Positions 26,189 through 33,729 of a stretch of 46,513 bases of DNA are shown piece by piece. The notes below the pieces were generated by a model that made no database searches, was not told the DNA's origin, and worked only from the letters and a program-made list of their open reading frames with translations. Both the position numbers and the translations under genes were made by a program. The stretch is from assembly GCA_032117135.1 (NCBI GenBank), contig JAULZV010000020.1, positions 1 to 46,513 on the forward strand, given 5' to 3'. The stretch's first letter is position 1; every line of letters begins with the position of its first letter. The stretch is from Minisyncoccota bacterium (GTDB lineage Bacteria > Patescibacteriota > Minisyncoccia > Phycocordibacterales > JAACPR01).

Positions 26189-27964
26189 TTATTTTAAAAT
26201 TGCTTTTATCCGACGAATACCAGCAGATGATGATTCTTCTTTTATAATTTCAAATACTCCGAGAGATCCAGTGCGTTCAACATGTGGCCCTATGCAAATT
26301 TCGGTACTATATGCTTGATCATCTTGTCCAATTTGATATACCGAAACACGCTCACCGTACTTGTCTCCAAATAAGCCAATAGCATTCATTGAGCGAGCAT
26401 CTTCATATGGCATGTCGTAGCGTGTCACTGACAAATCCTGATCGATAATTCGATTAACTTCAGCTTGGACAGTAGAAATTTCTTCTGGAGTTAATGGACG
26501 ATGAAAAGAAAAGTCGAAACGCATGCGTTCGGTATTGATATTGCTTCCCTTTTGTTCAACCTCGCTCCCAAGGAGATTGCGAAGTACTGTGTGCAAAATA
26601 TGAGTTGCCGTATGATATCGAGTTTCGATTTCTGAATTGCCAGCAAGACCACCCTTAAAGAGACCTGCCGCAGCTGTCTTGGACGCTTGCTTGTGTTGTT
26701 GAATCTCGATTTCGATTGCATCTTTGTCATATGCAATACCTCGCTCATCAAGTAATTCGTATGTTAATTCAAGAGGAAATCCATATGTTGTATAAAGACT
26801 AAAAATATCAGTCGAAGTAATAGGGCCCTTAGTAATTATTTTTTCAAAGGTTCGAACTCCTGAGCGCAATGTATTTTTGAATTTTGAAATTTCTTTTTCT
26901 AGCTCAAAGAGAATAAAATCTTTTTGAGCAGTCAAACCATATACAGATTCATAGATGTCGAATATTTTGTGAACTGCCGTTTGGATATCTTGAGTTGTAA
27001 GTCCGAGTACATCAGCATACCGATACATACGGCGAATAAGACGCCTGAGTACATATCCTTGTGCAGTAGTAGATGGTATTACTCCCTCACTTAAAATCAG
27101 TACTGAGGTTCTCAAATGATCAGCGACTATTCGTAAAGCTTTTGTATTTGGATTTGAAGACAAGTCTGAGATACAGGTATACACAGGAGAAAAAAGATCT
27201 GTTTCAAAAATAGAGTCTGTTCCTTGGATAGCCATTACCACTCGTTCAAGTCCTCCACCCATATCAACATTTTGTTGACTAAGATTTTCGAGACCATTGT
27301 CAGTCTTATTGTGAAGCATAAATACTGTATTACCTATCTCAACAACCTTCTGAACCTCATCAGCACTCAAAAATTGTTCAAGTGTCATATCTCCCAAATC
27401 TTCTCCAGAGACGTTGTAAAACATTTCAGTGTCAGGTCCACATGGCCCTGTAGCTCCAGTCGACCACCAATTTCCTTCCAAAAAAAGAATCCGCTCTTTG
27501 GAAATGCCCATTTCTTGCCAATATAGTGCAGTTTCTTCATCTCGAGGGACATCCGCATTACCTGCAAAACAGGTAATGTAAACTTTTGAGAGGTCGAGAT
27601 TAAATCCCTGTTCAGTAAAATAGAGATTGTAAGAAGTTTGAACACCTGCTTTTTTGATTGAACCGAATTCTTGAGCGCTTTGTGTACCAAGGTACCAATA
27701 CCCTATCATTTCAAAAAAAGTATCATGCGTCTTATCCCCAATCTCTTCAATATCTTGAGTTCGGATACATTTTTGCATATTAGCGATCCGATCACCAAGA
27801 GGATGACGCTGACCCTTAATATAAGGTACGAGAGGTTGCACACCCGCAGTTGTAAAGAGTACTGATGGATCGTTTTCTGGTACCAAAGGAGCAGATTCGA
27901 CAAAAGCAAATTGCCGTTCTGTCATAAATTTCTTAATTTTTTCTCGTATTTCTGTATGTGTCAT
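26189..27964 (-). CDS. alaS: alanine--tRNA ligase, short form lacking the C-terminal (C-Ala/DHHA1-like) domain
   Basis: N-terminal class II core (F..........PSVLFTTAGVQP) and editing-domain motifs HTATHILH and CIGPHV. Ends about 590 aa from the start at MTHTEIREK. Confidence 0.9.
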   Translation of the reverse strand: MTHTEIREKIKKFMTERQFAFVESAPLVPENDPSVLFTTAGVQPLVPYIKGQRHPLGDRIANMQKCIRTQDIEEIGDKTHDTFFEMIGYWYLGTQSAQEFGSIKKAGVQTSYNLYFTEQGFNLDLSKVYITCFAGNADVPRDEETALYWQEMGISKERILFLEGNWWSTGATGPCGPDTEMFYNVSGEDLGDMTLEQFLSADEVQKVVEIGNTVFMLHNKTDNGLENLSQQNVDMGGGLERVVMAIQGTDSIFETDLFSPVYTCISDLSSNPNTKALRIVADHLRTSVLILSEGVIPSTTAQGYVLRRLIRRMYRYADVLGLTTQDIQTAVHKIFDIYESVYGLTAQKDFILFELEKEISKFKNTLRSGVRTFEKIITKGPITSTDIFSLYTTYGFPLELTYELLDERGIAYDKDAIEIEIQQHKQASKTAAAGLFKGGLAGNSEIETRYHTATHILHTVLRNLLGSEVEQKGSNINTERMRFDFSFHRPLTPEEISTVQAEVNRIIDQDLSVTRYDMPYEDARSMNAIGLFGDKYGERVSVYQIGQDDQAYSTEICIGPHVERTGSLGVFEIIKEESSSAGIRRIKAILK

Positions 27965-27987
27965 GACACTCAATGTAGCGTTATTTT

Positions 27988-28833
27988 TTAACATTTGCAA
28001 ATCGCAGTGACAGCCTCAAGGATCAAGGCTTGTTTGCGCTTGCGAATTCCTATTTTGTTCATAACTTCTTTGTGTTCTTTGAGATCTTTACACATTACAA
28101 CACCATGAGCGAGTAATTCACTTACTTCCCGCTTGGATAAATCTGGAATAACAGTAAGTGGGTACAGATCATATGTTTCTATAAAATGAATGAGACTGTT
28201 TTTTTCGGGCTTGCTCCAACTAATAAGATCGAATGTATTAATGCACGATACATAGGTATGCACATTATCTGTAAAATTAGTATTTGTTACCAAAATACCC
28301 CGATTAATTACGCGCTTTTCACCATCAAGCATAATAGTTTGCCCCAACAAATCATCAAAACGAGCTTTAACATAGAGTGCAATTTTGGTATCAGATTTGA
28401 GATACGGTTCGTTGTGAAATTTGGCTTCCATACAAATAACTTCATCACCTTTGTATGCCAAAATATCTATCTCATGTTCAAGACAATTGCCTTGAACCAT
28501 GACACCTGTCCTACACATATATCCCATCTCAGTAAAAATTCTTCCTACAAATACTTCAAAAGGAAATCCTGAAGGTCCGAGATCCATCACAGCACGTTTA
28601 AGAGAATATCTCAAAGTACTTGGGCTTCCAAGTTGATATCGTTGCAAGGCTCTTTGTGCGAGATTATATATCTCTCCCGTTGTTATCCCATCATGAAGAC
28701 TCGAATGTACCACTCCTAGAACCTTTTCAATTTGACGTTCGGTTGCAAGAGATTTTTTGAGTGAACGAACGAGCTTTTGTTCATCGAACACTTCATGATC
28801 ACCATTATTTTTGATTACGACAGTATGCGACAT
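27988..28833 (-). CDS. ATP-cone domain fused to a Mrr-like PD-(D/E)xK restriction-endonuclease-fold domain
   Basis: N-terminus VIKNNGDHEVFDEQKLVRSLKKS matches the ATP-cone. The middle section FEVFVGRIFTEMGY..........EIDILAYKGDEVICMEAKF....GILVTNTNFTDN matches the Mrr_cat pattern (D...ExK core). Confidence 0.75.
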   Translation of the reverse strand: MSHTVVIKNNGDHEVFDEQKLVRSLKKSLATERQIEKVLGVVHSSLHDGITTGEIYNLAQRALQRYQLGSPSTLRYSLKRAVMDLGPSGFPFEVFVGRIFTEMGYMCRTGVMVQGNCLEHEIDILAYKGDEVICMEAKFHNEPYLKSDTKIALYVKARFDDLLGQTIMLDGEKRVINRGILVTNTNFTDNVHTYVSCINTFDLISWSKPEKNSLIHFIETYDLYPLTVIPDLSKREVSELLAHGVVMCKDLKEHKEVMNKIGIRKRKQALILEAVTAICKC

Positions 28834-28838
28834 AGGTA

Positions 28839-29297
28839 CTACCCTTTGATGAACAATTCGTATGTATCAATGTTTTCTCCTGGTGGAACTTCGAATCTAT
28901 TAAGTTTGTATTTTACTCCATCAAAAACGGCTGTGACAATAGCATCTGGTGAAGCAGTAAAACTTACTTTAAAATCTACAGGAGCGATAACGCTTATGCA
29001 ACCACCTGAACCAGAAGGTCGAATAGTCGTGAGATTAATTTCATATATATTTTCTCCTGTTTGTTTGACAGAGGACTCAATACTGTGACAAGGATCTGGC
29101 AAATCAACTGTTCCAACAAATGTGAGTGTACCGTCAGAGTATTGTTCTTTGATATCAAGCATCGGCATATCAAGTTGATCTTGCGCATCGGGCTGTTGTT
29201 CAGTAATAAGTGGCTTGTTGAATACAAGTTCGTATGAATAAAGTGCAACAACAAGTAAAGCTAATAATGCGATTATTGGTATGATTGTATTTTTCAT
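28839..29297 (-). CDS. exported/membrane-anchored hypothetical protein (152 aa)
   Basis: Signal-anchor MKNTIIPIIALLALLVVALY followed by a beta-rich domain with two Cys. Start taken at 29297. No family recognised. Confidence 0.6.
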   Translation of the reverse strand: MKNTIIPIIALLALLVVALYSYELVFNKPLITEQQPDAQDQLDMPMLDIKEQYSDGTLTFVGTVDLPDPCHSIESSVKQTGENIYEINLTTIRPSGSGGCISVIAPVDFKVSFTASPDAIVTAVFDGVKYKLNRFEVPPGENIDTYELFIKG

Positions 29298-29301
29298 ACT
29301 G

Positions 29302-30405
29302 TTAGTATACCACTTTTGAAACGATACCACCTGCTATACACCTCTCTCCCCTGTATATAACTATTGATTGTCCTTCAGCAATAAATTGATTTTGATCAGT
29401 TAAAGTGAGTATAAGTAAAGCCCCTTCGTAATGCACATGTGCCTGAAGAGGTTTTTGTCTGTATCTCGACTGAATTTCATACTCACCTTCTTGTATTTTT
29501 TCAAACTCATGTATATCTCGCAATATTATTTTGTGAACAACAGAAGGAGCTGTATTTACTGTGATAGTATTTTGATCAATATCCTTGGAGATAACATACA
29601 ATGCGTCACCGTATGTTTTTTTGAATTGTGGATCAATCACAAAACCATGTCGTTCCCCAACCGTATACAACTGTGCTCCTTCATGACTACCGATAATTTG
29701 ACCATTCATATCTAACACGCGACCAGTTGTTGTAGTGAAAAGATTTTTAAGAAAAGATTTCATGTCTACAGGACCAATAAAACACAATCCTTGGCTGTCT
29801 TTTTTTTCAGATGTAAAAAGTTTGTGTTTTTTGGCGATAGTCCGAACATCTTTTTTTTGTAATTCTCCTACAGGAAAAAGTATTCGTTCGAATTTGATTT
29901 GAGGCACATTCCACAAAAAATAACTCTGGTCTTTTTCGGTATCAAGTCCCCGATGCAAAATACCGTCAATATTACGAGCATAGTGTCCTGTCGCAACATA
30001 ATCAAAATTATGCTTGAGTGCATATTCATATAAAAATCCAAATTTGATGTGAGTATTACACATTACATCCGGGTTAGGAGTACGACCATGTTGATATTCA
30101 TAAATCATATAGTCTCCAACATGCGCTTTATATTCTTGTTCAAGATCAATAAAATGAAATGGTATGTTGAGGCGTGCACATACACGCATTGCATCTTTCA
30201 TTTCATCACGCCATGTACATTCAACAAAATCAGGTTGCCATACCTTTGCAAACACGCCTTCAACTTCATATCCAGCTTTGAGTAACAGGATTGCACATAC
30301 CGAAGAATCAACTCCTCCAGAGATGCCGACGAGAACCTTTTTCTTTTTTGGTACCCTACTCTTGATCTTGTGGTGCAACCAAGTAGAGATCTTTGTTTTC
30401 TTCAT
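29302..30405 (-). CDS. mnmA: tRNA 2-thiouridine(34) synthase
   Basis: VLVGISGGVDSSV PP-loop, plus the catalytic Cys context (DSQGLCFIG). Start taken at MKKTKIS. The 5' end overlaps the mltG 3' end. Confidence 0.9.
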   Translation of the reverse strand: MKKTKISTWLHHKIKSRVPKKKKVLVGISGGVDSSVCAILLLKAGYEVEGVFAKVWQPDFVECTWRDEMKDAMRVCARLNIPFHFIDLEQEYKAHVGDYMIYEYQHGRTPNPDVMCNTHIKFGFLYEYALKHNFDYVATGHYARNIDGILHRGLDTEKDQSYFLWNVPQIKFERILFPVGELQKKDVRTIAKKHKLFTSEKKDSQGLCFIGPVDMKSFLKNLFTTTTGRVLDMNGQIIGSHEGAQLYTVGERHGFVIDPQFKKTYGDALYVISKDIDQNTITVNTAPSVVHKIILRDIHEFEKIQEGEYEIQSRYRQKPLQAHVHYEGALLILTLTDQNQFIAEGQSIVIYRGERCIAGGIVSKVVY

Positions 30406-31315
30406 GTTCTTTAAGTGTTTGTGCATAGTACATCTCACCATCATATCCTGTCAAAAAATATACATTGTCAGTAGGTTGAGGAAAAGCGGCTGCAAGCAAG
30501 GCTTGCAATCCAGGATTAGAAATAGGTGTTGGAGTAAGTCCTTTATTGGTATACGTATTATAGGGCGAATCTTCCATCAAGTCTTCGCGAGAAAGCTCGA
30601 ATGTATGCTTACCTCTCTCATACACAAAGCCTGCATCAACTTGAAGTGCCATTCCTGCCTCAATACGACCCCACAAAATATCCGAGACTTCTTGCATCGA
30701 ATCACGAGTCGCTTCTTTTTCGATAATTGAAGCCATGGTAACAATATCAGCAAGTGAATATACTGATCTTAAAATTTCGGGATGTTCAGCGATTTTTTCA
30801 TCAAATGTTAACTTGAGTTTTTGGACAATTTCATCTGAACGGACATTTTCAGGAAAATAGTACGTGTCCGGAAAAAGATATCCTTCACTCGTAGAGGCAA
30901 CATTCATAAAGTCTTCAGGAGTAATGTTATAAAACATATCAGCAAATATACGAGACATTTCGACAATGGTTGTACCTTCGGGAATAGTTACTCTTTTGGC
31001 TTCAATGTTGTAATCACCAGACGAGATCCGTTTGATAACTCCGAGCATGTTGCTTTTGGTATCAAACGCATAATCGCCCGCCACAATTCGGCTATCCAAA
31101 TTTGAAAAGACAACCAGGTTAGTGAACAATACTTCAGATTGAATAATATTACTTTGCTTAAGGTGTCGGGCGATTTCTTTGACGCTTTCTCCTTTGGTAA
31201 TGGTTACAATTACTCCTTCATCAAATGCGATTGGAGGAGAAATCAAAATAACCCATGCAATACTTGCAATCATGACAAGAATAAAAAATATTTGAGTTAC
31301 TGATCGTAATGACAT
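30356..31315 (-). CDS. mltG: endolytic murein transglycosylase MltG (YceG-like), copy 1
   Basis: N-terminal TM helix, ASIIEKEA, ALQVDA, SPYNTY...GLTPTPISNPG and YFLTG.DG..YYA motifs. Confidence 0.85.
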   Translation of the reverse strand: MSLRSVTQIFFILVMIASIAWVILISPPIAFDEGVIVTITKGESVKEIARHLKQSNIIQSEVLFTNLVVFSNLDSRIVAGDYAFDTKSNMLGVIKRISSGDYNIEAKRVTIPEGTTIVEMSRIFADMFYNITPEDFMNVASTSEGYLFPDTYYFPENVRSDEIVQKLKLTFDEKIAEHPEILRSVYSLADIVTMASIIEKEATRDSMQEVSDILWGRIEAGMALQVDAGFVYERGKHTFELSREDLMEDSPYNTYTNKGLTPTPISNPGLQALLAAAFPQPTDNVYFLTGYDGEMYYAQTLKEHEENKDLYLVAPQDQE

Positions 31316-31324
31316 ATATACAGA

Positions 31325-32566
31325 TTATACAGGAAGATTGTCTGGCGGAGTAGCTTTTTTGGAATCGACCCGACCAAGGGCTGGTGTTTGTGATACGAGT
31401 CCTGGGAAGTGGTAGATTGTTGCAAGCTCCTCAGTATTAAGCACAAAATAAGGTCGTGTATCACCTTTCCAATCCTCTTTCCAAAAATAATCTCGTTGTT
31501 GATATGCTTCAAGTAGTTCAGCTTTCATTTTGGGAACTTTACGTTTAAAGATGTCTTGCCATGGATAATCTGTACTTGTGGTTGCTCCTGGTCTTGGCTT
31601 AAATGAGTTAAGTTCGCCTGAATTATATTGTTTAAATGTACCATTGAGCATTCCGAAGTTATTTACATATGCGCTTTTTTTGCCTATATAAAGCAACCTG
31701 ATACCCGTATCGAATGCAAATTTTGTCACACTACGATCAAGGGCACTGATAAGACGCTTTTGACTTTCGGTCTGGACATTTTGCTTTTTTTTGACGCCAC
31801 CTTCGTCGACATCAATAAATGATTCGGTTTTTATTCGTGTGATTTCTGATTTAGCAATTTCTTTCCAGTTGTCGACTTTTTTGGCAAAACTCGGGAATGT
31901 TTTTTTGGGATCAGGATCTTCGCCCTTGTGAGCTCGTACAATAATCTGGATGCAAGCATAATTATCTTCAGGAACAATACTCAAAAATTCAATTACTGGC
32001 GTGATTGGATCAATTTTAAACTCTTCTTCCTGCTGTTGATCAAGTTGATAATCAACATATGTCTTGATTGGATACGGATCAGGTTTGTCCAACTTTTGTT
32101 CGGTTCCCATTATTTCAAAATCTACTGTATTAAATTTGGCGGCATAATCCTCAGCATCACGAACTTCAATACCCGGATATTGAGCATAGAGTTGAGACTC
32201 TATATATTTGCGTAGTTTGCTTTCACACCACAAATAAAAGTGCACCTTACCGCCAAGTGATACAAGCTCGAGAGAAAACCATGTTCGCACTTTACCGCTC
32301 ACCCATCGATCAACCCACGTACTTTCTCCACTTGTTTGATGGAGTGCCAACAAAAAAAGTTCCATTGCAGCAGGCGTCTTGACGATGTCTGGAGAAGGAA
32401 CAATTTCGATTAAGGTCCAGTTGAGTGAATTGAAGTATTTTTTGCGGTTAGCAGATACAAATGTATCAAACAGCAAAAACCCAAGAAGTATTGGAATAGC
32501 AATTGGCACAAGAAAAATCAGAAAATCAAAAGTAAGTGCGATTATTTCTGCAAGACCAAAATTCAT
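31325..32566 (-). CDS. conserved-looking membrane-anchored hypothetical protein (413 aa)
   Basis: N-terminal double-TM anchor followed by a soluble domain (LIEIVPSPDIVKTPAAMELFLLALHQ...WFSLELVSLGGKVHFYLWC...QYPGIEV...EELATIYHFPG). No P-loop or catalytic motif seen. Confidence 0.65.
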   Translation of the reverse strand: MNFGLAEIIALTFDFLIFLVPIAIPILLGFLLFDTFVSANRKKYFNSLNWTLIEIVPSPDIVKTPAAMELFLLALHQTSGESTWVDRWVSGKVRTWFSLELVSLGGKVHFYLWCESKLRKYIESQLYAQYPGIEVRDAEDYAAKFNTVDFEIMGTEQKLDKPDPYPIKTYVDYQLDQQQEEEFKIDPITPVIEFLSIVPEDNYACIQIIVRAHKGEDPDPKKTFPSFAKKVDNWKEIAKSEITRIKTESFIDVDEGGVKKKQNVQTESQKRLISALDRSVTKFAFDTGIRLLYIGKKSAYVNNFGMLNGTFKQYNSGELNSFKPRPGATTSTDYPWQDIFKRKVPKMKAELLEAYQQRDYFWKEDWKGDTRPYFVLNTEELATIYHFPGLVSQTPALGRVDSKKATPPDNLPV

Positions 32567-32576
32567 TATGGTAGTT

Positions 32577-32585
32577 ATTTTACCA
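32577..32585 (-). promoter_or_regulatory. extended -10 (TGGTAAAAT), N10 before ATG 32566
   Basis: The minus strand reads TGGTAAAAT-AACTACCATA-ATG. Confidence 0.4.
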
Positions 32586-32609
32586 TAAAAAAATTATTTG
32601 GAAGAGTAA

Positions 32610-33638
32610 TTATACAGAAGTATATTTTCCGAGTTTGTCCTTCTTGAAATATTTTTGATTTTGGAGATTAACTAGAATAGTGTTTTCTTTAACATATCGC
32701 TCCTTAAGAACTTTGGCGATGATTTCTTCTTTAGTGAGAGGGCCATGCTTGACGATAATATTGTTGATAACATCTCGAACAACTCCTGATGCGTATCCCC
32801 AATCAGTAAGAGCATATAGACCTCGTCCAACAAGTACAAAACGTGAATCTTTGATTAATTCGTTGTGACATGTTGCAACATGAGCTTTTTTGTCAAAAAG
32901 TTTGTTAATTTGTTGTGCTACTTCTCTAAAATGAATTGGTGATCCATGACGTCTAATAACAAGAAAAGCGTAATCTCGAATACCTTTGACATTGATATTT
33001 GGTGATTCGGCTCGACCCCATTCTCCAAGTGGATTACGTCCAATTTTTTTGGAGATGTTAAGCCAACGTCTCACAACATCTTCTTTACGATATTTGGTAG
33101 CAATATCTACCGCATGAATAAGAAATGCTTCGATGATTTCAGAATCAGATACGAGCGTATCTTTAGAAAATCCTTTATACAAATTTTTGATTGCGGTTTC
33201 GATTTGATCAGCTACACCTTGATCAACATTCCATCGATGCTTGAAATGATCATCCTCTTTATGTTTCTTGAATTCATGACCAATAACCAGCAAAAAATGC
33301 AGGTGATTACGCACGCTTTCGTTTTTTGAAAGGTGATCCAAAAGCTCTTCTTCAGATATTACACTACCGAGTTCCACAATAATATTGTGAATTTCAAGAA
33401 AGATATCTTTACTCTTTTTGAACTCATCTGATTTGCGAATTGTTGAAAGAGAATTCTCTTCGATTTGTCGCACTCGTTCTCGAGTAATCCCGTACTCTTT
33501 ACCGATAGCCTCAAGTGTGAGGGTGTCAGCAGAGGTTCCGAGGCCATATCTCTTTGTGAGAACATCTTGCGATCGATCAGGTAAAATCTTTACGAGCTTT
33601 TTGGTAATTTGTTTTGGTTGAAATGATAACTTAATCAT
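32610..33638 (-). CDS. sigma-70 region-4-like HTH fused to a C-terminal HARE-HTH-like domain (not a complete sigma factor)
   Basis: N-terminus LTKRYGL.....TLEAIGKEYGITRERVRQIEENSL matches sigma70 region 4. C-terminus IHFREVAQQI......HNELIKDSRFVLVGRGLYALTDWG matches the HARE-HTH pattern of the RNAP delta subunit. Regions 2 and 3 are absent. Confidence 0.7.
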   Translation of the reverse strand: MIKLSFQPKQITKKLVKILPDRSQDVLTKRYGLGTSADTLTLEAIGKEYGITRERVRQIEENSLSTIRKSDEFKKSKDIFLEIHNIIVELGSVISEEELLDHLSKNESVRNHLHFLLVIGHEFKKHKEDDHFKHRWNVDQGVADQIETAIKNLYKGFSKDTLVSDSEIIEAFLIHAVDIATKYRKEDVVRRWLNISKKIGRNPLGEWGRAESPNINVKGIRDYAFLVIRRHGSPIHFREVAQQINKLFDKKAHVATCHNELIKDSRFVLVGRGLYALTDWGYASGVVRDVINNIIVKHGPLTKEEIIAKVLKERYVKENTILVNLQNQKYFKKDKLGKYTSV

Positions 33639-33729
33639 GGATTGATGATTTTTTAAAACCTATACTTGGTAATTTACGAATGTCTTAATACTTAAATTAT
33701 CATATTTTCAAGATATGTCAAACTGTGGA

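Noticed and set aside
30356-30405. 50-nt overlap between the mltG 3' end and the mnmA 5' end as a possible frameshift or fusion
   Set aside because: Both frames are intact with normal termini. The overlap depends on which Met is the mnmA start and is in line with the other short overlaps in this compact genome.
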